Below are positions 50,683-61,791 of a DNA stretch of 64,000 nt, in pieces. The translations under genes were made by a program, and so were the position numbers. Below the pieces are notes generated by a model. It made no database searches and was not told the DNA's origin. It worked only from the letters and a program-made list of their open reading frames with translations. Location of the stretch: NCBI RefSeq assembly GCF_058153355.1, contig NZ_CM177019.1; one strand, 5' to 3'. Numbering within the stretch: position 1 is the stretch's first letter; each line of letters opens with the position of its first letter.

Positions 50683-53600
50683 TCAGTTAATCGCGAAATA
50701 ACTGCTATTCACCAGCAAATCCAGCGGTTGGGCATCGGCAATCACATCGCCATAAATCAGATCGACGCCGATGCCAGAAAGCGTATCCATCACTAAGGGT
50801 AAAACAACTGGCCCGGCGATAGTCTTCACCCCGAGTCGCTGAGCGTGCCCCTGAATAATCGTAATCAGCATCTCATCCATCAAATTACCCTGCACGCTGG
50901 CGCATAGCTCACCGTCAAGTAGCAGGTAATCTGCCATATTCGCTTTCAGCGTGTTGAAAATTTGCAGATCGCGACCCACCTGGCTGAGCACTATCCGACA
51001 TCCCGCCAGCCGTAGTTTTTGCACGCTTTCTGCGTGATCGAAAACCGCTTCTGCCGGAATAATCAGATGTAATAACCGTGGTGGTAGAGGGTTATTTTCC
51101 AGTTGCTCAAGCAGTTCATTCACCAGCGCGGCGCTACTCAAGCCGGCAACAGAAAGGGGGAGGGCGATGCTTAAGCCTTTACTGGCAATCGCTTTTGCGG
51201 TCTGCTGGAAAAATTCATGGAGTACCCGGCGGTCAAGAGCATGGTTAAGCGCCGGATCACCGAAGCTACGACGAAATGTTTGTTCATCAAAAATCTCGCC
51301 TTCGCAACCCCAGAGTTTTAGTGATATCAACCACAAATTACGCGCTTCCGGGATCCGTGGCGAAGCGACGCCGTGGGCGATCATCATCAACTGATTCTCT
51401 TTAATCATCCGCCACTGTTCATCAATCGACATCGCCGCCCGTTCGCTATGTGCGTCAGCTTGCTGCGGTTCGTAAACTGTCACCCGGCCGCGGCCACCAT
51501 TTTTGGAGGCATAACAGGCGATGTCAGCCTGCGACATCACTTCAACCGCCTGATGATTGTTGTCATCAATCAAGGTAATCCCGGCACTGGCACCTACCCG
51601 ATGTACACGTCCTTCCCATATAAAGTGATAGTCATTCACGGCGCTGATAATGCGTGTAGCGATAAAACGCGCACTTTCGACATTACAATCTGGCAGCAGC
51701 AGACCAAATTCATCGCCACCGAGTCGCGCAAGTACGTCGCTGGAGCGCAGCATACTCAGCATCAATGACGCCAGTTCGCGCAACAAAGCGTCGCCAGCGG
51801 CGTGTCCGGCGCTGTCATTCACCGCTTTAAAGCGATCAAGATCGATAAACACCAGGGCATGTCGCTGATGTGTACTGTTTACCGTTTGCAGCAGGATGCG
51901 TAGTTGCTTCTCAAAACTGGCGCGATTGGCGAGATGCGTCAGTGCATCATGGGAGGCGCTGTAGCTCAGCTGGCGCAGCATTTTGCGTGATTCGGTGACG
52001 TCCTGAATCACCAGAACCGAGCCTATATTGCTGCCGTCCAGAGTACTTAACGGTGTAATACTGTAATGCACGTCGTAGCTGCCGCCGCTCCGGCAGTGCA
52101 ACACCACATCTTGTTCAATCGCAGAACGTGAGGTGTCGGCACTGTAAATGTTCTCCATTAATGGCCCGTTGTCGCCAAAAGTAATATGCAACACCGTCAG
52201 GAGCGGAACACCTAACGCTTCTTCCTGCGTCCAGCCGCTCATCTTCTCCGCCACTGGATTCATAAAGGTAATTTTCATCGCCATGTCAATACAGACCACG
52301 GCTTCGCCGATGGAGTCCAGCGTAATATGCAGGCGCTCTTTTTCCTGAAACAGTGCCTCGTTAAGCTGTTTCACTTCAGTCATATCCATATTGATGCCAA
52401 GCAGGCGTTCAACTTCGCCTTCTTTATTCAGTACCCGGTTAGCGAGGGCGCGGATATGGCGAATACCGTCTTTCACGGTAATGCGAAATTCCAGTTTAAA
52501 GGGAGAGCGCGATTGCAATGAATCGCGAATCACTTTTTCGGCGTGCTGGCGATCTTCCGGCAGCACGCACTCGTACCACACCTGCCAGTTCGGTTTGATA
52601 TGCGGAGGAATTTCATACAGCTCGAACATCCGCTTATCCCAGCTAAAAATATTCGGCTTTAGCTCCCACTCCCAGATGCCAATCCCGCCCGCTTCGTTAG
52701 CCAGCGTGATGCGCTCCATCAGTTGCTGGTTCACCTGTTCGGTGCGTTTTAGCTCGTTAATGTCTTCAATCTGAGCGATAAAATAGAGCGGCGTACCATC
52801 GGTGTGGCGCACTAGTGAGACGGCAAGCAACGCCCAGACAACATCGCCATTGCGGTTGTAGTAGCGTTTTTCCATTGAATAGGTGTTTATTTCACCGCTT
52901 ATCAGCTTTTCAACCTGTTGCAGATCTTTATTGAGATCCTCCGGCCAGGTCAGTTGCTGAAAGGTGAGTCCGCGCAGTTCTTCCTGACTGTAACCGAGAA
53001 ACTGGCAGAGCGCTTTGTTGGATTGCAGCCATTGCCCCTCGGTGCCCACTAATGCCATGCCGATGGCGGAATATTCCATCGCGTTCCGAAAACGGGTTTC
53101 GCTTTCGGAAATGTGTTTGCGTTCCGCACGAAAGGCATACATCACCATCGTCATGATGTTGGCGGGCAGCAGGATCAGTAAAAACGGTAGCCACGGCATA
53201 TGGCTCATCAGGTACGTCCGCGGCGTAGCAAGCAGGGAGGGATCCGCGGCCATCATCAGCGACACCATCATCACCGTGGTAAGGAAAATCAAAAAGGCTT
53301 CCATTCGTGGCAGGCGCACGGCGCTCCACATCAGCAGCACAATAATGAAAGTAAAAGGCCACGGTAGATACAGCATCGAAAGCCAGCTTAACGTCAGTGT
53401 GATGGCTAACGTGAGCAGTGACTCAAAAAGCAACCTTGGGTTGCGATGGCGCAGCAGATAGTGTGGTTTAAATAACAATCCCAGCGGCACCAGTGCCAGG
53501 GCGCCGATGGATTCTGACAGTACCCATATCAAAAATGCCCTGAGAGGATCGTCTCCGGGCGTCAGCAGGACAACCAGAACACCCCCTAACAGAGGTGGAA

Positions 53601-54000
53601 CAATGGCGCTGCCGAATGCCAGACGCAGCCAGTCAGCCAGATTTTGCAATGGGTTATACCACGGCAGCAATTTACGCAGTAGCACTGCCCCGACCACGGC
53701 TTCAACAATATTGATGGTCGTCCAGGTCATGTTCAGCGAGCTGGTGGAAAAAAGCAGGATGGATGCGGCGATATTTCCCAGCGAGCAGCTCAGCGCTATT
53801 CCCGGCCACATGCGCCCGGCATGGCGATAAAACGCCACCATCATGATGGACGTCGGGAACCACAGTGGGGCGAGTTGGGTGCCAAACTGCGAAAGCTCAA
53901 GCGAGAAAAGGGTAAAGATAAACGAGACTAAACCTAAACTGACCAGGTGAAGCAGCGGGTGGGGCAGGGCAATTAATACATGCTGTGATTGTTTGCTCAT
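50683..54000 (-). CDS. dgcE: Diguanylate cyclase DgcE (YegE): membrane MASE1, PAS, GGDEF and EAL domains
   Basis: 1105 aa, GGDEF motif (RLGGDEFGLLL), N-terminal multi-TM region. Confidence 0.9.
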   Translation of the reverse strand: MSKQSQHVLIALPHPLLHLVSLGLVSFIFTLFSLELSQFGTQLAPLWFPTSIMMVAFYRHAGRMWPGIALSCSLGNIAASILLFSTSSLNMTWTTINIVEAVVGAVLLRKLLPWYNPLQNLADWLRLAFGSAIVPPLLGGVLVVLLTPGDDPLRAFLIWVLSESIGALALVPLGLLFKPHYLLRHRNPRLLFESLLTLAITLTLSWLSMLYLPWPFTFIIVLLMWSAVRLPRMEAFLIFLTTVMMVSLMMAADPSLLATPRTYLMSHMPWLPFLLILLPANIMTMVMYAFRAERKHISESETRFRNAMEYSAIGMALVGTEGQWLQSNKALCQFLGYSQEELRGLTFQQLTWPEDLNKDLQQVEKLISGEINTYSMEKRYYNRNGDVVWALLAVSLVRHTDGTPLYFIAQIEDINELKRTEQVNQQLMERITLANEAGGIGIWEWELKPNIFSWDKRMFELYEIPPHIKPNWQVWYECVLPEDRQHAEKVIRDSLQSRSPFKLEFRITVKDGIRHIRALANRVLNKEGEVERLLGINMDMTEVKQLNEALFQEKERLHITLDSIGEAVVCIDMAMKITFMNPVAEKMSGWTQEEALGVPLLTVLHITFGDNGPLMENIYSADTSRSAIEQDVVLHCRSGGSYDVHYSITPLSTLDGSNIGSVLVIQDVTESRKMLRQLSYSASHDALTHLANRASFEKQLRILLQTVNSTHQRHALVFIDLDRFKAVNDSAGHAAGDALLRELASLMLSMLRSSDVLARLGGDEFGLLLPDCNVESARFIATRIISAVNDYHFIWEGRVHRVGASAGITLIDDNNHQAVEVMSQADIACYASKNGGRGRVTVYEPQQADAHSERAAMSIDEQWRMIKENQLMMIAHGVASPRIPEARNLWLISLKLWGCEGEIFDEQTFRRSFGDPALNHALDRRVLHEFFQQTAKAIASKGLSIALPLSVAGLSSAALVNELLEQLENNPLPPRLLHLIIPAEAVFDHAESVQKLRLAGCRIVLSQVGRDLQIFNTLKANMADYLLLDGELCASVQGNLMDEMLITIIQGHAQRLGVKTIAGPVVLPLVMDTLSGIGVDLIYGDVIADAQPLDLLVNSSYFAIN

Positions 54001-54317
54001 TACCGCTTTATCCGCAAGGCCTGGTCGCCAGTATTCGTTTCTGTGTTTATGCTAGTACAAAAGTTTTACATTTTATATGCGAATTGCTCATAAAGTGACG
54101 TAAAGGCGGATAATTTGCGCAACTGCGTATAACATTTTTTACCTTGTATAAAACTGATCAACGTAATTTGCCACCGGGAATTATTCGTCAACAATTAACT
54201 CTGAGCGCGCGGCAACGCTATTCGACTGGTATCAGGCGGATGAAATCCCTATAATTGCCGCGTTTGGCGCTTCGTCGCCCCCTTCCTAACATCCAGGTTA
54301 ATCAGGTCGCTAAATAT

Positions 54318-54959
54318 ATGACTGATCAGTCTCATCAGTGCGTCATTATCGGTATCGCTGGCGCATCGGCTTCCGGCAAGAGTCTTATTGCCAGTACCCT
54401 TTATCGTGAATTACGTGAGCAAGTCGGTGATGAACACATCGGCGTAATTCCCGAAGACTGCTATTACAAAGATCAAAGCCATCTGTCGATGGAAGAACGC
54501 GTTAAGACCAACTACGACCATCCCAGCGCGATGGATCACAGCCTGCTGCTTGAGCATTTACAAGCATTGAAACGCGGCTCGGCAATTGACCTGCCGGTTT
54601 ACAGCTATGTTGAACATACGCGAATGAAAGAAACGGTGACGGTTGAGCCGAAGAAAGTCATCATTCTCGAAGGCATTTTGCTGCTGACGGATGCGCGTTT
54701 GCGTGACGAACTTAACTTCTCAATTTTCGTTGATACCCCGCTGGATATCTGCCTGATGCGCCGCATCAAGCGTGATGTTAACGAGCGTGGGCGTTCAATG
54801 GATTCAGTGATGGCGCAATATCAAAAAACTGTGCGCCCGATGTTCCTGCAATTCATTGAGCCTTCTAAACAATATGCGGACATTATCGTGCCGCGCGGCG
54901 GGAAAAACCGCATTGCGATCGATATATTGAAAGCGAAAATAAGTCAGTTCTTTGAATAA
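54318..54959 (+). CDS. udk: Uridine/cytidine kinase
   Basis: 213 aa from [22 protein letters not shown] (P-loop); track ORF starts at 54255. Confidence 0.95.
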
Positions 54960-55050
54960 GCTTGATAAATTGTGTACCGTTCAGTGATAACCTGGTATGC
55001 CCTTGACGTAATTGGCGTTAAGGGAGTGATGCGCGAAAGGAGAAAATGCC

Positions 55051-55632
55051 ATGCGTCTGTGTGACCGAGATATTGAAGCCTGGCTTGATGAAGGCCGTTT
55101 GTCGATCAACCCACGTCCGCCAGTGGAGCGTATTAACGGCGCGACGGTGGATGTACGCCTGGGCAATAAATTTCGTACCTTCCGTGGTCACACGGCAGCG
55201 TTTATCGATCTGAGCGGTCCCAAAGATGAAGTGAGCGCCGCGCTTGACCGCGTGATGAGCGATGAGATCGTTCTCGACGAGGGCGAGGCGTTCTATCTTC
55301 ACCCAGGAGAGCTGGCGCTGGCGGTGACGCTGGAGTCGGTGACGCTGCCAGCCGATCTGGTGGGCTGGCTGGACGGGCGTTCCTCTTTGGCGCGTCTGGG
55401 GCTGATGGTGCACGTCACCGCGCACCGCATCGATCCGGGCTGGTCTGGCTGCATTGTGCTGGAGTTCTACAACTCCGGTAAGCTGCCGCTGGCGCTGCGT
55501 CCGGGCATGTTAATTGGTGCGCTGAGCTTTGAGCCGCTTTCCGGCCCGGCGGCGCGACCTTACAACCGCCGTGAAGATGCGAAATATCGCAACCAGCAGG
55601 GCGCGGTAGCCAGCCGAATCGATAAAGACTAA
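55051..55632 (+). CDS. dcd: dCTP deaminase
   Basis: 193 aa; K-12 synteny udk-dcd-asmA. Confidence 0.95.
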
Positions 55633-55653
55633 TTCAGGCCCATTGAGGATACC

Positions 55654-57507
55654 ATGAGACGATTTCTGACGACGCTGATGATACTCCTGGTCGTGCTGGT
55701 GGCCGGATTATCTGCGTTAGTGTTGCTGGTGAATCCGAATGATTTCCGCGACTATATGGTCAAGCAAGTTGCTGCACGTAGCGGTTATCAATTGCAGCTC
55801 GACGGGCCACTGCGTTGGCACGTCTGGCCGCAGCTTAGTATCCTCTCCGGGCGAATGTCTCTCACCGCCCAGGGCGCGACCCAGCCACTGGTTCGCGCCG
55901 ACAACATGCGCCTGGACGTGGCGCTTTTACCACTACTGAGTCATCAACTGAGCGTTAAGCAGGTGATGCTAAAAGGGGCAGTGATCCAACTGACGCCGCA
56001 GACGGAAGCGGTGCGCAGTGAAGACGCTCCGGTTGCACCTCGCGACAATACCTTGCCGGATCTGTCAGACGATCGCGGATGGTCGTTTGATATATCCAGT
56101 CTTAAGGTGGCGGACAGCGTTCTGGTGTTCCAGCATGAAGATGACGAGCAGGTGACAATCCGCAATATCCGCCTGCAAATGGAACAAGATCCCCAACATC
56201 GTGGCTCATTTGAGTTCTCCGGGCGGGTTAATCGCGATCAGCGCGATCTCACGATATCCCTTAACGGTACGGTAGATGCTTCTGATTATCCGCATGATTT
56301 AACGGCGGCTATTGAACAAATTAACTGGCAGTTGCAGGGTGCAGATTTACCAAAACAAGGTATTCAGGGGCAGGGGAGTTTCCAGGCCCAGTGGCAGGAG
56401 TCACATAAACGCCTTTCATTTAACCAAATTAGTTTGACCGCCAATGACAGTACGCTGAGCGGGCAAGCACAGGTTACGCTGACAGAGAAACCGGAATGGC
56501 AGCTGAGGCTGCAATTCCCGCAACTGAATCTTGACAACCTCATCCCGCTTAATGAAACCGCGAATGGTGAAAACGGTGCCGCGCAGCAGGGGCAGAGCCA
56601 ATCAACGTTGCCGCGCCCGGTTATTTCTTCGCGTATTGATGAACCGGCCTATCAGGGACTGCAAGGCTTTACGGCTGATATTTTGTTGCAGGCCAGTAAC
56701 GTGCGCTGGCGCGGAATGAATTTTACAGATGTTGCCACGCAAATGACCAACAAGTCGGGTCTGCTGGAAATTACTCAACTACAGGGCAAGCTTAACGGTG
56801 GACAGGTTTCACTGCCGGGCACGCTGGACGCGACATCAATAAATCCGCGGATAAACTTCCAGCCACGGCTGGAAAACGTTGAGATTGGTACCATTCTGAA
56901 GGCGTTTAACTATCCGATTTCGTTGACCGGAAAAATGTCACTGGCTGGTGATTTCTCCGGTGCTGACATAGATGCCGACGCATTCCGCCACAACTGGCAA
57001 GGACAGGCACATGTCGAAATGACCGACACGCGCATGGAAGGGATGAACTTCCAGCAGATGATTCAGCAAGCGGTAGAACGTAATGGTGGTGATGTGAAGG
57101 CCGCTGAAAACTTCGATAACGTAACGCGTCTTGACCGCTTTACCACCGATTTGACGTTGAAGGATGGCGTCGTGACGTTAAACGACATGCAAGGTCAATC
57201 GCCTGTGCTGGCGCTTACAGGGGAAGGCATGTTGAATCTGGCAGATCAAACCTGCGACACCCAGTTTGATATTCGGGTCGTGGGTGGCTGGAACGGGGAA
57301 AGCAAACTGATTGATTTCCTCAAAGAAACGCCAGTACCGCTGCGGGTTTATGGCAACTGGCAGCAACTCAATTACAGTCTGCAAGTGGATCAGTTACTGC
57401 GCAAACATCTACAGGACGAAGCGAAACGTCGCCTGAATGACTGGGCCGAGCGGAATAAAGATTCCCGCAATGGCAAAGATGTGAAGAAGTTGCTGGAGAA
57501 GATGTAG
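55654..57507 (+). CDS. asmA: Outer-membrane protein assembly factor AsmA
   Basis: 617 aa with N-terminal TM anchor. Confidence 0.92.
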   Translation: MRRFLTTLMILLVVLVAGLSALVLLVNPNDFRDYMVKQVAARSGYQLQLDGPLRWHVWPQLSILSGRMSLTAQGATQPLVRADNMRLDVALLPLLSHQLSVKQVMLKGAVIQLTPQTEAVRSEDAPVAPRDNTLPDLSDDRGWSFDISSLKVADSVLVFQHEDDEQVTIRNIRLQMEQDPQHRGSFEFSGRVNRDQRDLTISLNGTVDASDYPHDLTAAIEQINWQLQGADLPKQGIQGQGSFQAQWQESHKRLSFNQISLTANDSTLSGQAQVTLTEKPEWQLRLQFPQLNLDNLIPLNETANGENGAAQQGQSQSTLPRPVISSRIDEPAYQGLQGFTADILLQASNVRWRGMNFTDVATQMTNKSGLLEITQLQGKLNGGQVSLPGTLDATSINPRINFQPRLENVEIGTILKAFNYPISLTGKMSLAGDFSGADIDADAFRHNWQGQAHVEMTDTRMEGMNFQQMIQQAVERNGGDVKAAENFDNVTRLDRFTTDLTLKDGVVTLNDMQGQSPVLALTGEGMLNLADQTCDTQFDIRVVGGWNGESKLIDFLKETPVPLRVYGNWQQLNYSLQVDQLLRKHLQDEAKRRLNDWAERNKDSRNGKDVKKLLEKM

Positions 57508-57509
57508 GT

Positions 57510-57580
57510 TACCAGGTGACCTGTCCTGTAGGCCTGATAAGACGCGTAAAGCGTCGCATCAGGCGTTCGCGGCGGCACCA
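57510..57580. repeat. REP element
   Basis: cctgtaggcctgataagacgcgtaaagcgtcgcatcaggcg motif. Confidence 0.55.
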
Positions 57581-57958
57581 TTATATTCTGAATATGTAAG
57601 ATCGAAGGCTGTTCCGTTCACTTGATGTTCCTCGCTACTATGGAACGCTCAAGCCGGTGAACGTGCCAGGGTGGCTCAATCGCCACCACCCTGGCAACCC
57701 GGGCTCCCGGCGGTAAATCGCCGCTGGCGCGGTTCCCTCATCTTATTCCTTTCGGCTATCGGGTACGGGCGCGAGGTAACATCCCTGTAAAACGCGCCCT
57801 CAGCCCACATCCATGTGGGCTGCCCCGGCCTACAGGAAACGATTCGGCGATTTACAGCCGGACCCACACCCCCGCTGTAATGTCCATGTACCACAGACAA
57901 CGCTTCATTGCTGAAGTTATAAGGCGTCACGCAGCATCGGGTAAAATGACCGATACCA

Positions 57959-59542
57959 TCACACCTCGTACTCCATCTCGCCATCCTTACGCAGCGGTAT
58001 AATCTGCACCTTCTGCACGCGATGGCTTTCCACCTGCAACGTTTTAAGCAAATAATCCCCCACCTGAACTTCTTCGCCAGGTTTTGGAATACGCTGTAAA
58101 TATTCCATCAACAGCCCGGCAATGGTGTGATATTCACGTTTTTCATCCAGCGGCAGCGGCACATATTGCACCAGATCTTCCAGCGGCATATGACCATTCG
58201 CCGTCCAGGAACCGTCCGCATTCTTCTGAATATCATGGCGGGCGTCGATCTCTTCCACTTCGTTCGGTAAGTTACCGGCAATGGTTTCAGTGACGTCACT
58301 TAATGTCACAATCCCTTCCACCGAGCCAAACTCATCCACCACAAAAGCAAAGTGTGTGCGGGCATTACGGAACTGCTCCAGGGCAGGTAACAACGGCAAG
58401 GTTTCCGGGAACACCAGCGGCTGGCGAATCAACACCCGCAGGTTGAGCGGTTCGCCACGCAGTGACTGTTGTAGCAGGTCGATAACGTGAACAACACCGA
58501 GCAAATCTTCTGCGTCATCACCGTCGGTAACCACCAGCCGCGTATGCTGATTTCGCTCCAGCAACTGGCGGATCTCGTCTTCCGGCGCGTTGAGATCGAT
58601 ATGCTCAATATCGTGGCGCGACGTCATAATGCTGCTGACAGTACGCTGGTTAAGATTAAGTACCCGCTCAATCATCCGCCGTTCCTGCGGATTAAAGATC
58701 TGCTGGTTACCATGATCCACCAGCATGGACGCGGTTTCGGCGTCCAGTTCCGCATCTTCTTTTTGCCCGCTAAGCAGGCGCATTACCGCTTCGGTAGTCC
58801 GCTGGCGTAGCGTCTGGTTAGCGGAAAGAAAACGTCGCCGGTTAAAGATAGCCAACTGATTGAGCGCCTCGATCATCACCGAGAAACCAATGGCAGCGTA
58901 CAGGTAGCCTTTCGGAATGATGAAGCCGAAACCTTCTGCCACCAGGCTAAAGCCAATCATCAACAGGAAGCTTAAGCAGAGAATAACGATGGTCGGGTGA
59001 CTGTTAACAAATTGCGTTAACGGCTTGCTGGCCATCAACATCAGGCTGATAGCGATAACCACGGCGGCCATCATGACCAGTAAATGGTCGACCATCCCGA
59101 CGGCGGTAATCACTGAGTCGAGTGAGAAGATGGCGTCCAGTACCACAATTTGTGTCACCACCCCCCAGAACTTCGCACCTTTGCGTTGTGTGGGATTATT
59201 GCTGTCTTTCCCTTCCAGCCGTTCGTTCAGCTCCATCGTGGCTTTGAACAACAGGAAGAAACCACCAAACAGCATGATTAAGTCGCGGGCGCTAAAGGTA
59301 AACGAGCGGAAGCTGAACAGCGGTTGCGTCAGGGTGACCAGCCAGGAGATTGACGCCAGCAGTAACAGGCGCATTAACATCGCCAGCAACAGCCCGGTAA
59401 CCCGTGCGCGGTCGCGCTGCTTCGGCGGTAGTTTTTCGGCGAGGATGGCAATAAAGACCAGGTTATCAATGCCGAGGACCAGTTCGATCACAATCAGCGT
59501 GATTAACCCGGCCCAGATAGACGGATCGGCAATCCATTCCAT
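57959..59542 (-). CDS. yegH: TerC/CBS-domain membrane protein YegH
   Basis: 527 aa from [13 protein letters not shown] (track ORF extends to 59608). Confidence 0.9.
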   Translation of the reverse strand: MEWIADPSIWAGLITLIVIELVLGIDNLVFIAILAEKLPPKQRDRARVTGLLLAMLMRLLLLASISWLVTLTQPLFSFRSFTFSARDLIMLFGGFFLLFKATMELNERLEGKDSNNPTQRKGAKFWGVVTQIVVLDAIFSLDSVITAVGMVDHLLVMMAAVVIAISLMLMASKPLTQFVNSHPTIVILCLSFLLMIGFSLVAEGFGFIIPKGYLYAAIGFSVMIEALNQLAIFNRRRFLSANQTLRQRTTEAVMRLLSGQKEDAELDAETASMLVDHGNQQIFNPQERRMIERVLNLNQRTVSSIMTSRHDIEHIDLNAPEDEIRQLLERNQHTRLVVTDGDDAEDLLGVVHVIDLLQQSLRGEPLNLRVLIRQPLVFPETLPLLPALEQFRNARTHFAFVVDEFGSVEGIVTLSDVTETIAGNLPNEVEEIDARHDIQKNADGSWTANGHMPLEDLVQYVPLPLDEKREYHTIAGLLMEYLQRIPKPGEEVQVGDYLLKTLQVESHRVQKVQIIPLRKDGEMEYEV

Positions 59543-60010
59543 AGTAAGTACAAAACCTATTCGTTGTATGACAAATGTCACAATTCGATCATGGATAAAT
59601 CGGGGCAAAAATGCAATGTTGCAGCACTATTTATCTCATATTATTTGAGGGTAATAACCTCACATTATCCCTGAATTAAAAGTGGTAATAATAAAACATT
59701 ATTTAAGAAATATCGCATGTGGAGGCGCAATATTAAATATTGTCAACCTAAAGAAACTCCTAAAAACCATATTGAATGACACTTAATATAATTCTTAAAA
59801 ATAGCCAATTGCCGAATTGTTACCTTGCCTGCTATTCCGTTAGCTGTAACACTTCCTCCTGCATTATTGGAGAGCCAATATTCAATTACCATAATGTCAC
59901 CTTATATTCGGAAGTTAATTTCCGCAATAACCCTTGCTCATCAACGATTGTATGCAGAGAGGGTTTGAAAAATTAAGCTAAATCAGTGTGTTGGTAGCTA
60001 AAAAGCCAGG

Positions 60011-60022
60011 GGCGGTAGCGTG
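60011..60022 (+). promoter_or_regulatory. ops element (GGCGGTAGnnTG) of a JUMPstart sequence in the wza leader, RfaH antitermination site
   Basis: ggcggtagcgtg about 180 nt upstream of wza. Confidence 0.65.
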
Positions 60023-60200
60023 TCTGGATGCCTGAAAGACCAGTCTGAATTATTCTGTCAATAGCCTGCGGATGAAATCAATTTTTTTAGGACTGATGCC
60101 AGTTAAATTTTTATTCAATTAACTGCAAGGTAAATGTGCATGGCGACATTGCTATTAATAGTGCACAGGATAATTACTCTGCCAAAGTGATAAATAAACA

Positions 60201-61340
60201 ATGATGAAATCCAAAATGAAATTGATGCCATTATTGGTGTCAGTAACCTTGATAAGCGGTTGCACAGTACTTCCGGGCAGCAATATGTCGACGATGGGGA
60301 AAGACGTCATCAAACAGCAGGACGCTGATTTCGATCTCGACAAAATGGTGAATGTTTATCCGCTGACCCCGCGCCTGATTGACCAATTACGCCCACGTCC
60401 GAATGTAGCGCGCCCTAATATGACGCTGGAAAGTGAGATCGCGAATTACCAGTATCGCGTCGGGCCGGGGGACGTTCTTAATGTCACCGTCTGGGATCAC
60501 CCGGAACTCACCACGCCAGCCGGTCAGTACCGCAGCTCCAGCGACACCGGCAACTGGGTACAGCCTGACGGCACCATGTTCTACCCGTATATCGGCAAGG
60601 TCCACGTCGTGGGGAAAACGCTCGCTGAAATCCGCAGTGATATTACCGGGCGCTTAGCGACGTACATCGCTGACCCGCAGGTGGACGTTAATATCGCCGC
60701 CTTCCGCTCGCAAAAAGCCTATATCTCCGGCCAGGTGAATAAATCCGGTCAACAGGCGATTACCAACGTACCACTGACCATTCTCGATGCCATCAACGCC
60801 GCAGGTGGCCTGACCGACACCGCTGACTGGCGCAACGTGGTGCTAACACACAATGGTCGTGAAGAGCGCATTTCTTTGCAGGCGCTGATGCAAAACGGCG
60901 ACCTCAACCAGAATCGCCTGCTTTACCCCGGCGATATTCTCTACGTGCCACGTAATGATGATCTGAAAGTATTTGTGATGGGTGAAGTGAAGAAACAGAG
61001 CACCCTGAAAATGGACTTTAGCGGCATGACCCTGACTGAAGCTCTGGGCAATGCCGAAGGTATCGACATGACCACCTCCAACGCCAGCGGCATCTTTGTC
61101 ATTCGTCCGCTGAAAGGCGAGGGCGGGCGTAACGGCAAGATTGCCAATATCTACCAGCTGGATATGTCCGATGCCACGTCGCTGGTGATGGCGACAGAAT
61201 TCCGCCTGCAACCTTATGACGTGGTGTATGTCACCACCGCCCCGGTTTCCCGCTGGAACCGTCTGATCAATCAGTTGCTGCCAACTATTAGCGGTGTCCG
61301 TTACATGACGGATACAGCCAGCGACATTCATAACTGGTAA
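60201..61340 (+). CDS. wza: Outer-membrane polysaccharide export lipoprotein Wza (colanic acid)
   Basis: 379 aa, lipobox LISGCTV. Confidence 0.95.
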   Translation: MMKSKMKLMPLLVSVTLISGCTVLPGSNMSTMGKDVIKQQDADFDLDKMVNVYPLTPRLIDQLRPRPNVARPNMTLESEIANYQYRVGPGDVLNVTVWDHPELTTPAGQYRSSSDTGNWVQPDGTMFYPYIGKVHVVGKTLAEIRSDITGRLATYIADPQVDVNIAAFRSQKAYISGQVNKSGQQAITNVPLTILDAINAAGGLTDTADWRNVVLTHNGREERISLQALMQNGDLNQNRLLYPGDILYVPRNDDLKVFVMGEVKKQSTLKMDFSGMTLTEALGNAEGIDMTTSNASGIFVIRPLKGEGGRNGKIANIYQLDMSDATSLVMATEFRLQPYDVVYVTTAPVSRWNRLINQLLPTISGVRYMTDTASDIHNW

Positions 61341-61345
61341 TCGTC

Positions 61346-61789
61346 ATGTTTAACAACATCTTAGTTGTCTGTGTCGGCAATATTTGCCGTTCCCCGACGG
61401 CGGAACGCTTACTGCAACGTTATCACCCGGAGCTGAAAGTGGAGTCCGCTGGACTCGGCGCGCTGGTCGGTAAGGGCGCTGATCCTACCGCTATCAGCGT
61501 CGCCGCAGAACATCAACTGTCTCTGGAAGGTCACTGTGCCCGTCAAATCAGCCGCCGTCTGTGTCGCAACTACGACCTGATTTTGACCATGGAAAAGCGC
61601 CATATCGAACGCTTATGCGAGATGGCACCCGAGATGCGCGGCAAAGTGATGCTGTTTGGTCACTGGGATAACGAATGTGAAATCCCCGATCCGTATCGCA
61701 AAAGCCGGGAAACGTTTGCAGCGGTGTACACATTACTTGAACGGTCTGCCCGCCAGTGGGCGCAGGCATTGAACGCAGAGCAGGTATAA
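61346..61789 (+). CDS. wzb: Low-molecular-weight protein-tyrosine phosphatase Wzb
   Basis: 147 aa, CX5R motif CVGNICRS. Confidence 0.95.
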   Translation: MFNNILVVCVGNICRSPTAERLLQRYHPELKVESAGLGALVGKGADPTAISVAAEHQLSLEGHCARQISRRLCRNYDLILTMEKRHIERLCEMAPEMRGKVMLFGHWDNECEIPDPYRKSRETFAAVYTLLERSARQWAQALNAEQV

Positions 61790-61791
61790 GA

